Assembly: GCF_001194135.2 (NCBI RefSeq)
Contig: NC_069005.1
Location: 13,216,866 to 13,254,731 of the forward strand
Reading direction: 5' to 3'
DNA from: Octopus bimaculoides
Lineage: Eukaryota
DNA length: 37,866 nt
A model generated the notes under the pieces. That model worked only from the letters and a program-made list of their open reading frames with translations, was not told the DNA's origin and ran no database searches. Of the stretch, positions 23,454 through 35,980 are shown piece after piece. How positions within the stretch are numbered: the stretch's first letter is position 1; every line of letters starts with the position of its first letter. The position numbers and the translations under genes were made by a program.

Positions 23454-24450
23454 GGATGAGTTATAATACTATTCTACAGCCATATCAACAATCCAACATA
23501 CCTCCATCATCAGCCGTCCCACGGATATCATTATGATTTCGACACCTGGACAGTACGATTCAATTCGACAGTACCAACACCACTAAAATAAGTGTTATTT
23601 GGGAACAAGCAAACCAAAGAAACCACAACTTTCAAACACATTTACCCATTGTACAACCGTATCGATAAATAAACACCATAAGTAAATTGCAACCCCTCCT
23701 AAATACGTAACTACACAACGACAACTCTTAAGTTATAAAAATTTATAATCCCTACCGTCTTCCATAGTGTAATATAAAAGTAAAGCTTAATAACCACATT
23801 ATTTGAATCAATCAATATATAGGCAGGATTAAACACAAACCTTACTAAAACTACAACAAGAGACATTTAAACCAATGTACATTGTATCGGTATTAATAGT
23901 AAACTGCAAAAACTAAAAACTATATGCTAAATTGCGATGCATCTTTAAGTCCATATAAATATTAATCCCACTGGTTTACCATAGATATTACTATAATGAA
24001 AGTTGAAACATTATAAAATTTTTTCAAAAACAAAACACGATTGAAATTAATTTAACTAATACTTTTATGAGTGAAATACATTATTTCATCATGCAAAAGT
24101 TAATAATAAAACACTACATACTCATTAATATATCACCACTACAAGATAATATTAAATTACCAGTGATACACTTAAATTTCATTAAATAGGAACTAATAAA
24201 AGTACTTATAATAAACTAATATTATAAACCTTACTATGAAACTAATGAAACTGTTCAAAAGACAATATACTACGAGTGTTAAAACTACAAGTATTAACAC
24301 TTACACGTTTAATCAGACACGCGGCTCCCTCACCAAGAATTTAAAGAGCAACTAACTATTGATGACGTAGTGCGTGACTGCCGCTTTCTTAATTAGCTCA
24401 ATAACGGTGACATAGTAAGCAAATATTTCGAATCGTAAACCTTCATGTCT
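23454..24450 (-). other. AT-rich putative 3' non-coding region of the Penelope-like element
   Basis: Follows the PLE stop codon; 23454-23543 is homologous to 30760-30862. The link to the PLE is inferred from position only. Confidence 0.4.
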
Positions 24451-25773
24451 TTACAAATATTTGCTAAGCTGAAGACTAGATATTATCCCATATTTATTTA
24501 AATTTTCAACTTTCCTACCTAAACAGCGATTAAAAGTTTTAACCAACTTACCATGTTTATAACCTTGTTTTACTACATGTCTAAGCAGCTTATTTATTCT
24601 TTCCAAAAATTTATTAACATTATTAATAAAAGTACTATATCTAACAATTTGCCCTGCAAAAACACCATAACCAATAAAAGAAGGAATTCTACGGCTGAAC
24701 CAGGCATTTAAGCCACTTGGAAACCAAAATTTTGTTTCATTATAAATGTCAGTACATATTTCATTATTATCCTTAATTACTTGATTGACATCTAAATAAT
24801 TAATATTTCTTATATTATTACCATTTCTGGTGACTACAAGCCCACAAGGGTATATTTTTCTGAGTAAAAACTCATAATTAGGTATAAATATATCATCGAT
24901 GTAGCTACAGCATCCATTAAGTTGTTTAAAGAAATCTATCTTTTTCCTAGCACAAGGGAACTCGCATGAAGAAAGATAAAGGTCCGCCAATAGGGGGCTA
25001 CAGTTGCCACCCATTGGAATTCCCCTAACCTGCTTAAACAACCTACCTGCAAACATTACAATCGAATTACTACTAATAAAACTAACCATTTCTTTCATCT
25101 TTTTTTTATATAATAGTATATCCCTTATGACAATATTTAGACAAGAAACCTTTACCATTGTTTAAAGATATACATTTATATCCTTTATTAAAAATAATAG
25201 TCAATATTCTAAAAATATCATCTTACACACATTTAAGATTTACGTTTGTATATAGTGTCGAAAAGTCATACACATATATACTCTTAACTTTCTTAAATTT
25301 GATCAGTATACCCAGAAATTCCATAGTTGATCTGACACTCCAAAAATAATTAATTCCTGAACTGCTATAAATTTTATCACAGTATTTTTAAAAATATGTC
25401 CTAACAACTTTTAAAGCATCGTTAATCAATATAGCTCTTTGTTTGTACAATTTCTAGTTCTTGCTATGAATCTAATTTTGAAAGGAACCTTATGTAGTTT
25501 AGGAATCCCAAAATGTTTAGGGATATTTTTATCCTTTTCTTCCATTTCTAAACCACTCGATCTTTCTGTGGGCATAAGTCTATTAACTCATTAACGTTTT
25601 CAGGTATACCTTTGTATGTGTTAGTACCAATAAACTTAAATTCTTTATCCACTCCTAACTCTTTACCTATAACCATCATATAATATCTTTTACAAATTAC
25701 TATAAAGTTCTCTGCTGCTTTATCTGCTGGTACTATTACATACTTTTTATGTAATTCATCTATAAATTCTGTA
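24451..25773 (-). mobile_element. Penelope-like retroelement RT, Naiad/Chlamys-type, 5'-truncated and disabled
   Basis: LHKKYVIVPADKAAENF..CKRYY, GIPKLHKVPFKIRFIA, YCDKIYSSSGINYFW, YDFSTLYTN, QVRGIPMGGNCSPLLADLYL, YIDD, YLDV, YGVF..QIVRY, KQGY; ORF stops after the thumb with no C-terminal GIY-YIG. Confidence 0.88.
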
Positions 25774-25789
25774 ATATATATATATATAT

Positions 25790-25882
25790 GGGAGAATATA
25801 CAAATAATAACAACAGACGAGGACAGGTGGTGTAAATAACAAAAGTATATATTAGTATGACGCTCGGGAATACGGAAAGTCT
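25790..25882 (-). repeat. Short interspersed repeat abutting the 5'-truncated PLE ORF, possible pLTR fragment
   Basis: Composition shift between (TA)n runs (acaacagacgaggacaggtggtg...gctcgggaatacggaaagtc); pLTR identity rests on memory of an octopus repeat. Confidence 0.35.
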
Positions 25883-26589
25883 ATATATATNNNNNNNNNN
25901 NNNNNNNNNNNNNNNNNNNNNNNNNNNNNNNNNNNNNNNNNNNNNNNNNNNNNNNNNNNNNNNNNNNNNNNNNNNNNNNNNNNNNNNNNNNNNNNNNNNN
26001 NNNNNNNNNNNNNNNNNNNNNNNNNNNNNNNNNNNNNNNNNNNNNNNNNNNNNNNNNNNNNNNNNNNNNNNNNNNNNNNNNNNNNNNNNNNNNNNNNNNN
26101 NNNNNNNNNNNNNNNNNNNNNNNNNNNNNNNNNNNNNNNNNNNNNNNNNNNNNNNNNNNNNNNNNNNNNNNNNNNNNNNNNNNNNNNNNNNNNNNNNNNN
26201 NNNNNNNNNNNNNNNNNNNNNNNNNNNNNNNNNNNNNNNNNNNNNNNNNNNNNNNNNNNNNNNNNNNNNNNNNNNNNNNNNNNNNNNNNNNNNNNNNNNN
26301 NNNNNNNNNNNNNNNNNNNNNNNNNNNNNNNNNNNNNNNNNNNNNNNNNNNNNNNNNNNNNNNNNNNNNNNNNNNNNNNNNNNNNNNNNNNNNNNNNNNN
26401 NNNNNNNNNNNNNNNNNNNNNNNNNNNNNNNNNNNNNNNNNNNNNNNNNNNNNNNNNNNNNNNNNNNNNNNNNNNNNNNNNNNNNNNNNNNNNNNNNNNN
26501 NNNNNNNNNNNNNNNNNNNNNNNNNNNNNNNNNTATACATACATATGCATACACACACACACACACATATATATATATATGTATGTATG

Positions 26590-26630
<41 letters not shown>

Positions 26631-26746
26631 TTGTTTGTGAGTGTGTGTGTGTGTGTGTATGTATAACGAGCAAAATAGCTAGTTTTAAAATCTCTAAACG
26701 AAATATAGGTAATAACAATTCTAGACGGTTATGTTTTTTTTTGTTT

Positions 26747-27085
26747 TTTTTGGCCACTATAACATGGCTGTTCTATAAAGAATTATGTTACTACATTTTA
26801 ACCCCAGGAAAACGTCTTTTCCAACTGGCTACGAGATCAACGGCTGTCTGCCGCTTCTCTGTTTATATACTGTGAGTGAGGACGATTGACTGCTATCTCT
26901 ATCAGACAGGTCTCCAGTACCGAAGAAGAGTAAAGACCCAGAAACCATGGCCTACTGGTCTTGGCAAGCTTCCTTACTGACAGTATATCGGACACAGGTT
27001 GTGTGTCGTCAACCAGCTAGGAACCCGGGGTTAAAATGTTGTAACATAGTTCTTTATAAAACAGACACGTTATAGTGGCAAAAAA
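26747..27085. mobile_element. About 340-bp imperfect foldback (palindromic) element
   Basis: Outer arms 26747-26808 and 27025-27085 are reverse complements with few mismatches; inner arms 26865-26890 and 26963-26988 also pair. Confidence 0.85.
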
Positions 27086-28892
27086 CGTTATATATACATA
27101 TGTGTGTGTATGTGTATGTGTGTGTGTTTGTGTATGTGTGTATAAAACCAAAATTAGCCAACAGGTATGACTCATAGCGGTCATTGACATGAATATGAAT
27201 AACATCGACAATTACCGCACAACAGAAATTCATAATTTATTAAAAACCATCTCCGCCTACAGAGGATGTGTCACAATTGCAAAATGGCAATCGAGAACAT
27301 ATACCTGTGTATGTGTGCGTGAATGTGTGTGTATGCGTGTGTGTATGCTTGAACGTAAGAACTGTATGAACAAACGTAGCAAGGATAAACAAGCACTCCT
27401 TTATGACACACGTACAACAAAATTTTAACCGAAAACAATATAAATCCAGCTGTAGATACTCAGAAAATGTATCTTCTGAAGCACCATGACATAAACAAAA
27501 TCTAAGCATTCATTTACCACCATCTACAGCCTGAACGTAACCAGAGAAATATGAATGCGTAAGAAAGTTATTTTAAACTAGCGGGACCCGTGAATATTTC
27601 ACGGAATTAATGATGAACCTATTAGGTCATTTCTGAAGACTTATCCAAAAAACTGAAAGCGTAGCCTGTCTTGTGTCTGTATCAAAAGATAGTCGCTCAA
27701 GTCAAAGAAATCGGAACGCAATGATTACTTAACTCATTACCTACCTGTGATCTCATATGAGATCACTTAAAAATTACAAATTTCATAATTTTCTGTCAAT
27801 ATTTACACATATCTAACCTTTTTGCTATATCTACTAGGTATATTTCTCTGATATTCAAATGAGGTTTGCTAATTTTTCACCCAATATCTCGCTTATTTCT
27901 ATTTAAAATGTTATTTTGTAATGTTATTTTGAAATGTTATTTTGATCATTCTAGCGTGTTTCTAAGGCTGTTTTATGCCAAAAATCAAAGTTTCATAAAA
28001 AAATTCCAGTTAATAGAATTATGGGAGGTAATGGGTTAATACACTTTATTTTTACACTTAATAAACTTTATATACAATTTTACACAGTACTCATAAAATC
28101 AGCATTCACTCATATTTTTCCATTTTTCCCATAAACGAAAAAACAATTATCCCGTACGTTGATACAACATTTAGTGAGATTGCATATATCTGCCACATAA
28201 ATAAGCGACAATATTTTACGGAATTGCACTAATGCACATGCGTTATATGATAGGTGTTATAAAAACATGATTCAATCTTCAAAAAATACTCTTTCCACTC
28301 TCCAATCACCCTCTTTCTGTCTCATCCTTCGCTTTATCCGCTTTTTCTCGCTTTCCTTTTTCTTTCTGCTCTCTTTCCCTTGAACTAATCACGTGAAAGC
28401 GTTACAATTACATTCCCTCTACGTTTCCCTCTCCCACTTTTTTCTCTAATCACGTCAAAGCGTTACCAACGGGTTAAGTAACGCAATGACAAGTAGAATC
28501 ATTATAAGATAAATCCCGGCGTTGTGACAGCCTTCATAGGTCTAACCGAAAACACCTTTAAAACTCGGCACGTAATATATGCGATACTGCATAGCTAGAG
28601 AGTGTCGAATTAACGTTACCGGGTGAAAGTATTCGGTCAAATTGCTTTCTTCACCCTTTGTGAACGATTGAAAGATTACTCATGCAAATTTGGCTTCCAT
28701 TCTTACTTAACAATCATTTTCTTTCAGAAGAAGTCTAATAATTATTCTTTTCTGAAACTGTATGTCGAATTACACAAAGCTACAAATAATAGCACATAAA
28801 TACTGGGTTGTAAAGACCCCCTTTGGATCGAAAAAGTCGAAGGCTGCCATGGGACGGCATTTCGTCCGTCTTTACGTTCTGAGTAAAGACGT

Positions 28893-29165
<273 letters not shown>

Positions 29166-29170
29166 AATAC

Positions 29171-29376
29171 GGGCATATGGCGTAGTAGTTAACAGCGCGG
29201 GCTACAATCTCCAGGATTCCGAGTTCGATTCCAGGCAGTGACCTGAATAATAATAATACTAATGATAATAATAATAATAATAATAATAATAACATCGAAA
29301 AATACGTTAGGAATGAGAACCCAGGTTCGAAATTTCCCCAAGACACCTGATGAAAGCTGGAGGGTATATCAACCGA
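29171..29376 (+). mobile_element. tRNA-headed copy of the hammerhead SINE-like element, truncated inside the ribozyme
   Basis: A box tggcgtagtag 29178-29188, B box gagttcgattcc 29221-29232, (AAT)n, then gacac-ctgatga-aagctg-gagggtatat-caacc-ga at 29342-29376. Confidence 0.85.
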
Positions 29377-29444
29377 TAAAACAGGAACCAGTTGAGCACT
29401 TACACCCTTCCCCAAAATTTCTATCCTTGTGCCAAACTTTGAAA

Positions 29445-29560
29445 CTACGAGGCGGTATCGAAATGATTCAGGACTAGTTATGTTTAACTCCATGACAACG
29501 ATTTTTTTATCAGGCAACCAGGTTGCACTGACGGTAATCACCTCGGCCGAGATCAGCTAT
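29445..29560 (+). mobile_element. Possible mariner terminal inverted repeat / subterminal region
   Basis: TA-cgaggcggtatcgaaatgattcaggact resembles TACGAGG-type mariner ends; partner end not found. Confidence 0.3.
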
Positions 29561-30014
29561 TAGCACACGACAACGGTTTGGCATATATTTACGTCAACCG
29601 CTTTAAAGAATGCACTGTTTATTTATGTAATCTCTCATCACTGCGAGGACCGTAAATTCAATAAAACTTGCGTAGATGGATGCGACTGTAAATTCAGTGA
29701 AGGATCAGAAGAATTTGCTGAACGTGTACGAATTTGATAGGAAGTCATAATGGAAATGGTGGCGTAACCACAAAAACTGCTGCATTTATACTAAATTGGT
29801 GATGAAGTCTCGAACTGAGTTGGAAATATTTACATGAAGAGTCTGACAAACCTATCATATTCCTTGAAAATTGCATGGTGGCCTCTATCATTGATTCAGT
29901 GAGTGACAGCAGATATTTATATCAATTGGTACACAAACAGGTACAAAACTGCAGAAAATTTACCTCAACCGATGTTATGTGGTTAATAAAAGATAACTTA
30001 TTTACCCTAGCTTT

Positions 30015-30335
30015 AACATCATCTCCTTCGAAATAATCACCTTGCACAGAAGTACACCGGTCCCAGTGTTCCTGCCACATTTGGAATCCGGCCTGGAAGT
30101 CGATTTCCGTAAGCGAGTCGAGGACCTTCTGCGATTCGCTCTGGATTTTGACAACGGTGTTAAAACGGTGACCTTTGAGCTGCATTTTCATCTTGGGAAA
30201 GTGATGGAAGTTCTCAGCTACTAAATCCGGGGAATGGGGCGAGTGCAGAAACGATACCATGTAGTTTTTGGTGAAAAACTCACGAGTGAAGACAGCTTGG
30301 GGACAGGGTGCATTGCCGTCGTGGGGAATCTACCA
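30015..30335 (-). mobile_element. Mariner transposase C-terminal remnant
   Basis: HDGNAP (cf. HHDNAP), HSPHSPDL (cf. HPPYSPDL), FPKMKMQLKGHRF, WQEHWDRC..VQGDYFEGD. Confidence 0.88.
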
Positions 30336-30759
30336 CCTTACCGCCTTTAACTTATCTTTTAATGATTTGAAAAAAAAAAAAAAAGACTATAAGATATCTG
30401 GTGAATTTCACTTACAAGCCGCCTTTATGTGCGGTAAAAAGCAGATTCCCAAAATACTACGCAAAACAGTTGAACCAAGGACCTCATGACTGCGAAGCGA
30501 CCCGTTAGACCAATCCACCAAACCTGGGAATGCATGTAAATATACAAACATAGAATCATATGTATATGTACACATATTATTACATAAATATGTGCACACG
30601 CTCTATTCATTTATATACAAATATATATATTAAAATACAGGCATACATATATCTACATACATATATAATAATACAAATATATAAGGCACATACATACATA
30701 CATGCATACAAAAATACATATACACACATACGAACATACATACATATATACATACATAC

Positions 30760-30862
30760 GTCGAAACTATGGTGATAACCGTGGGGCAGCTGATGATTGA
30801 GGTGTGCTGGATTGTTGGTGGGGCTGTTATTGTATGTGCGGAATAGTTTTATAAGACATCCA
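30760..30862 (+). repeat. Diverged homolog of 23454-23543, flanked by (CATA)-type repeats
   Basis: gtcgaaa..tgata.ccgtggg..gctgatgat.gaggt.tg.tggattgttg..gaatagt.ttataa..catcc shared in opposite orientation. Confidence 0.75.
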
Positions 30863-30946
30863 TTAGATACATACACACATGAACATACATACATGAATAT
30901 ACATACATGAACATACATACATGAACATACATACATGCATATATAT

Positions 30947-31220
30947 GGCTAGGGGACATTCAATGAATAAGTGGGATTTCCAGAAAAAAGCACAGAGACC
31001 ACGCGCATTACAAATACAATTAGTAAGTGGAAGAGTTAAAATATGCAAGAATTTCTCAAGTTTAAAATGTAACATTGTTTTTATCTGCATTCCTGCGATG
31101 GAGCTTTGATAGTTTGTTAGAAACCAGCTTCTTCCTTGTAGAACGATTTTTTTAAATAATTATAAATAGAAAACATACACATATTAATACATACATATAT
31201 ACGTACATATACGTATATAT
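30947..31220 (+). mobile_element. RLE retrotransposon 3' fragment (C-terminus, 3' UTR, CATA-like tail)
   Basis: ALQIQLVSGRVKICKNFSSLK matches RLQIQSITETVKICKT of the 35981 copy; UTR contains gttagaaaccagc. Confidence 0.75.
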
Positions 31221-31230
31221 TCGTCCATAG

Positions 31231-31414
31231 CAAATACAATATGTCTAAAAATATGCAAGACTTTTCCAAGTTCAAAATGTCAATTTGTTTTTATCTACAT
31301 TTCAACGACGGATTTTTGTATCTGTGTTAGAAAACAGCTCCTTCCTTACACGAAGATTTTAAATTGCTGGAAATAGAAGTAAACACGCGTACGTACGTAC
31401 ATACATACATACAC
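31231..31414 (+). mobile_element. Second tandem RLE retrotransposon 3' fragment
   Basis: aaaatatgcaagacttttccaagttcaaa (KICKTFPSSK region) plus UTR gttagaaaacagc and (CGTA)n(CATA)n tail; paralogous to 31040-31200. Confidence 0.7.
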
Positions 31415-31522
31415 ACTTCCGCAAAAAAGTTTATATGTACGTACGTATCTACATGCATGCGTCACTAACGAGTTACTGTTGTCTAAATTCCTGTAAAAGA
31501 GCCTTGTTACTGGGCTGCAATT

Positions 31523-31523
<1 letters not shown>

Positions 31524-31590
<67 letters not shown>
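31524..31590. repeat. (CT)n microsatellite
   Basis: Direct reading. Confidence 0.95.
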
Positions 31591-31594
<4 letters not shown>

Positions 31595-31829
31595 TCTCGG
31601 TGTGGAATCTAAAAAAAAAATGAAGTTAGAAAGAACATAAAAACTTACAAAATCACAAGTCAAAGAGAAAAAAAAACAACAGATTCTTAATTCTAAAATA
31701 CGACGGTATTCGGGTGTTCGTTGATAAATGTGAATAAATATATTTGCGAACACGTTTACAAGAAATGGAAGAATAAGGCAGTGTGTGGATGTATACCCTT
31801 CTGCATGGAAGTGTGTTTGAGTAGTCTGC

Positions 31830-31980
31830 ATACACACACACGCATACATATATACATACATACATATACATACATACATACATACATACATACATACATA
31901 CATACACACATACATACATACATACATACATACATACTTGCGTATGGATAGATGGATAGATGGATGGATGGATGGATGCA
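31830..31980. repeat. (CATA)n followed by (GATA)/(GGAT)n
   Basis: Direct reading. Confidence 0.9.
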
Positions 31981-32961
31981 GAAAGATACGTGAGAATGTA
32001 TGATGGTATGCATCAATGTATTAATGTATGAATAAACGAGAAAGGGAGTAGTTTATGTATGTATGTACATATATATATATATATATANNNNNNNNNNNNN
32101 NNNNNNNNNNNNNNNNNNNNNNNNNNNNNNNNNNNNNNNNNNNNNNNNNNNNNNNNNNNNNNNNNNNNNNNNNNNNNNNNNNNNNNNNNNNNNNNNNNNN
32201 NNNNNNNNNNNNNNNNNNNNNNNNNNNNNNNNNNNNNNNNNNNNNNNNNNNNNNNNNNNNNNNNNNNNNNNNNNNNNNNNNNNNNNNNNNNNNNNNNNNN
32301 NNNNNNNNNNNNNNNNNNNNNNNNNNNNNNNNNNNNNNNNNNNNNNNNNNNNNNNNNNNNNNNNNNNNNNNNNNNNNNNNNNNNNNNNNNNNNNNNNNNN
32401 NNNNNNNNNNNNNNNNNNNNNNNNNNNNNNNNNNNNNNNNNNNNNNNNNNNNNNNNNNNNNNNNNNNNNNNNNNNNNNNNNNNNNNNNNNNNNNNNNNNN
32501 NNNNNNNNNNNNNNNNNNNNNNNNNNNNNNNNNNNNNNNNNNNNNNNNNNNNNNNNNNNNNNNNNNNNNNNNNNNNNNNNNNNNNNNNNNNNNNNNNNNN
32601 NNNNNNNNNNNNNNNNNNNNNNNNNNNNNNNNNNNNNNNNNNNNNNNNNNNNNNNNNNNNNNNNNNNNNNNNNNNNNNNNNNNNNNNNNNNNNNNNNNNN
32701 NNNNNNNNNNNNNNNNNNNNNNNNNNNNNNNNNNNNNNNNNNNNNNNNNNNNNNNNNNNNNNNNNNNNNNNNNNNNNNNNNNNNNNNNNNNNNNNNNNNN
32801 NNNNNNNNNNNNNNNNNNNNNNNNNNNNNNNNNNNNNNNNNNNNNNNNNNNNNNNNNNNNNNNNNNNNNNNNNNNNNNNNNNNNNNNNNNNNNNNNNNNN
32901 NNNNNNNNNNNNNNNNNNNNNNNNNNNNNNNNNNNNNNNNNNNNNNNNNNNNNNNNNNNNN

Positions 32962-33425
32962 ATGGATGTATGTATGTATGAATATCTATATCTATGTATT
33001 GTTTATACGTATGTATCTTTATATACGAATGCATGTATTATTCGTGCATATCGCTGTATACATTTATGCATGTGTGTGTATGTACGTATCTATGCATTTA
33101 TACATGTATTACGTACATGCATCTGCGTATGTAAGTATGAATGAATGTATTATATTTATGTATACATGTATATAGGCTTTATATGTATGCACGTTCGTAT
33201 TGTATGTGTGTATATATGCCGTACATATCAATCTATGTATACAGCTATATATATGTATGTATGTGCCAAATATTACCTGCACGTATCTGCGTATGTATGT
33301 ATGTATGAATGTATTGTATGTATGTATTCATGCATATAGGCATTATACGTATGCAAGTACGCATTATATTTGTGTATATATGCCGTACATATCTATATAT
33401 GTATACAAGTATATATGCGCGTATG
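32962..33425. repeat. Decayed TATG/TA low-complexity tract
   Basis: Direct reading. Confidence 0.8.
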
Positions 33426-34689
33426 TGCGAAGTAGGAGAGCAGAAGGCGCCAATGTAGGCTGCAAAACTTCAACATTATAGTTTAATGCAATAATTTAAT
33501 AAACCGGGTAGTGAAACTATAAATCACTCGGCAACATAAGCACTCATTCTCTCTCACCAGCGCACAAACATATACACACTCTGATCTGAGAGAGGCTCGC
33601 GCATATACGTGAGTGTGTGTGTGTGTGTTTTCGTGTGTGCATGTGCATGTGTGCCTGGGTGCGCACGTAGACATGTATCTAGTTATACTAAAAACGTACA
33701 GACGTTCATAAGAAATACTGACACACACACGCACACAGAGGAGCGAAGGTTCATCCATATTATCTCTTGTTTCACACTCCTTTAACTCTGTCTGTCCCTC
33801 CAACAACAAATCAATCTACTTCCCCCTGTCTCTCTCTTCCCCCCTCTCTCTCTCTATCTATCTATCTATCTATTCATCAGTTGGGTTATATAACAATTTA
33901 TGTAGCAATTTAACTGTATCCATTTAACGACTTTCCTTTATCTGTATCAAGTTATTTACGAGTGTGTGTGTGTGTGTGCATATATATATATATATACACT
34001 CACAAACGCACACACATACACACATATAATACATACATACATACATACATGCATAGAGTAAAACTGTTATTTGCCCGGTGAACGGCGAGAATCGAAACAT
34101 CGACTTGCACGTCTATTCTTAATATATTCCGGCAGATTCCAACACAAATATGCTAATCATTGTCGTGTCTGTCACAGTAGAAGAATTTGTCCTTTATGAC
34201 GAGTCATTATTGCGAGAAATTCTGGTACCCCGACGTTTTGAAATGTTGTTCGTCATCAGCTTGAAAAATCCGGACTAACGAATCTAACAAGAGCTGATGG
34301 TCTTGTTTATATGGTATTCAGTGCTTCATAAAACATACACGCGTTTCTTCACTTTGTCGTCATAATTACATAATAACTATTGAAATATTACGTAATCTTA
34401 CAAATTACCTCTTCAATAATAAATAAGTAATAAATAAAACGACTGGTCTTTATAGCTTAACATATATTCTCGGTATAGAAATTATCAGAAACTTCGCCAG
34501 TGCCAAAATATCGTAAGAAACAAATACAAAAAAAAAAACATAGGATTTCAAAGACTCGTTTCCCAACTCCAAGTACGTATGACCTAAAAAGATAGTATAA
34601 GGACAACGATGACGACATCGGTATGAGTCTCTCTCCGGAGGGTTTGGTTACGTGTCGCACTTCACTGCGCATGCGCACGTACGTATGTA

Positions 34690-35062
34690 AGTTCATGCGT
34701 GTGTATGCATAGATATGTTCTTCTCTTTCCCTTTCCAATTTTACAGTAAATTTTTCCTCGTCACCTTCTTGGTAGCAAGGTTGTGAAGAAAAGTATTTTA
34801 GTTTAACCATCATCCTTTAAATCTTGAGAATGTCTTGCAGATTTTTATCGTCCCAGATATCGTGATTATTTGTAGCCTATGGATTAAGGATTTGCTTTCT
34901 CTCTCCAGGATCCCAAGTTCAGTCATACTTTGCTCCAGACAGATTGCTATGTATCCTGTTGCTCCAATAATAATGGATATGAAGCTGAAAGTGCATCTTG
35001 GGTACTATATTTTCCAACTCCTTATTAATGGTCCTTAGATGTACTATTTCTCTTACCATGCA
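34690..35062 (-). mobile_element. Diverged RLE retrotransposon 3' fragment
   Basis: YPRCTFSFISIIIGATGYIAICLEQSMTELGILERESKSLIHRLQIITISGTIKICKTFSRFKG* (stop 34812-34810); (CATA)n lies immediately 5' on the sense strand (35065-35141). Confidence 0.8.
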
Positions 35063-35113
35063 GGTATGTATGTATGTTCTTCATGTACGCATGTGTGTAT
35101 GTATGTATGTATG

Positions 35114-35145
<32 letters not shown>

Positions 35146-35154
35146 ATAGGTAAA

Positions 35155-35402
35155 GTTACCTTCTCGAGCCATTCCGGCTCATAAGGGGCTGTTTCCCCGT
35201 TTCCATTGCGCATAAATTCCCCCACCGGGGCAGGACGCCAGTCCGTCGCAGGGCTACTCATTTTTTCCTCTGAGTGGACTGGAGCAATGTGAAATGAAGT
35301 ATTTTGCTCAAGAACACAACACAACACACCAGTCCAGGAATCGAAACCACAATCTTACGATCATGAGTTCAACACCCAAACCACTAAACCACGCACCTCT
35401 AC
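35155..35402 (-). mobile_element. Near full-length tRNA-headed SINE family C
   Basis: Minus: gtagaggtgcgtggtttagtgg (A box), ggtttcgattcc (B box), gttcttgagcaaaatacttca (CORE-like), gagtagccctgcgacggactggcgtcc, ending ccttatgagccggaatggctcgagaagg. Confidence 0.85.
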
Positions 35403-35434
35403 AATAGAAGTTTGTATGTAAATACATATGCATG

Positions 35435-35479
35435 TATTATGTATGTGTGTGTGTGAGAGAGAGAGAGACAGAGAGAGAG

Positions 35480-35529
<50 letters not shown>

Positions 35530-35545
35530 CGTGCGTTTGTACGTA
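35435..35545. repeat. (TG)n(AG)n(TG)n compound microsatellite
   Basis: Direct reading. Confidence 0.9.
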
Positions 35546-35711
35546 TGTGTGTCATGGACTCTCGTGTCACAGACGATAGATGAGCTTTCTGCAGTCTCTG
35601 GCTTAAGCTGCACAGATGATTTGTTGATAATAATTTAAATGTTTGTGCAGTACATCGGCTCCTCCTTCCACCACCAACACCACGCTGTGCTATGCGCCAG
35701 AGGTCGAAGTA

Positions 35712-35830
35712 ATCGTAAAGCAACGTGAGATGAAGTGTTTTGCTCAAGAATACAACGCAAAACCCAGACAGGGAATCGAATCCACGATATCACACACGTG
35801 AGCGCAACACCCTAACCATTAAACCATTTG
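35712..35830 (-). mobile_element. SINE family C 5' fragment
   Basis: Minus: tggtttaatggttagggtgttgcgctcac...gattcgattccc...ttcttgagcaaaacacttca. Confidence 0.75.
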
Positions 35831-35980
35831 TCCACGCCACTAGACTTGCAGGAAGATCAGGTAATTATGATTTTATTCAAGATATTCCCCTCTCAGATTC
35901 ACACATTTATTGAAGCGGTCCTACAGTTTTTCTATATTTGTGTGTAGGTGTGTGTGTATAATTACGTACATACATACATT

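Noticed and set aside
28025-28477. GGGTTAA ends at 28033-28039 and 28471-28477 suggesting piggyBac-type MITE termini, plus a 60-bp local duplication at 28385-28467
   Set aside because: No matching left termini found; too short to support an element call.
29171-29245. Possible functional tRNA gene
   Set aside because: Acceptor and anticodon stems do not pair well, and it is fused to a repeat body; it is a SINE head.
29640-29740. Cys-rich frame CEDRKFNKTCVDGCDCKF, possible exon
   Set aside because: Short, weak splice acceptor, no donor before the stop, and no family pattern fits fully.
34666-34677. Perfect NRF1/Ewg-type palindrome TGCGCATGCGCA in a CpG-richer patch
   Set aside because: Lies at the edge of a CA/CG-rich retrotransposon tail where such words arise by chance; no linked exon seen.
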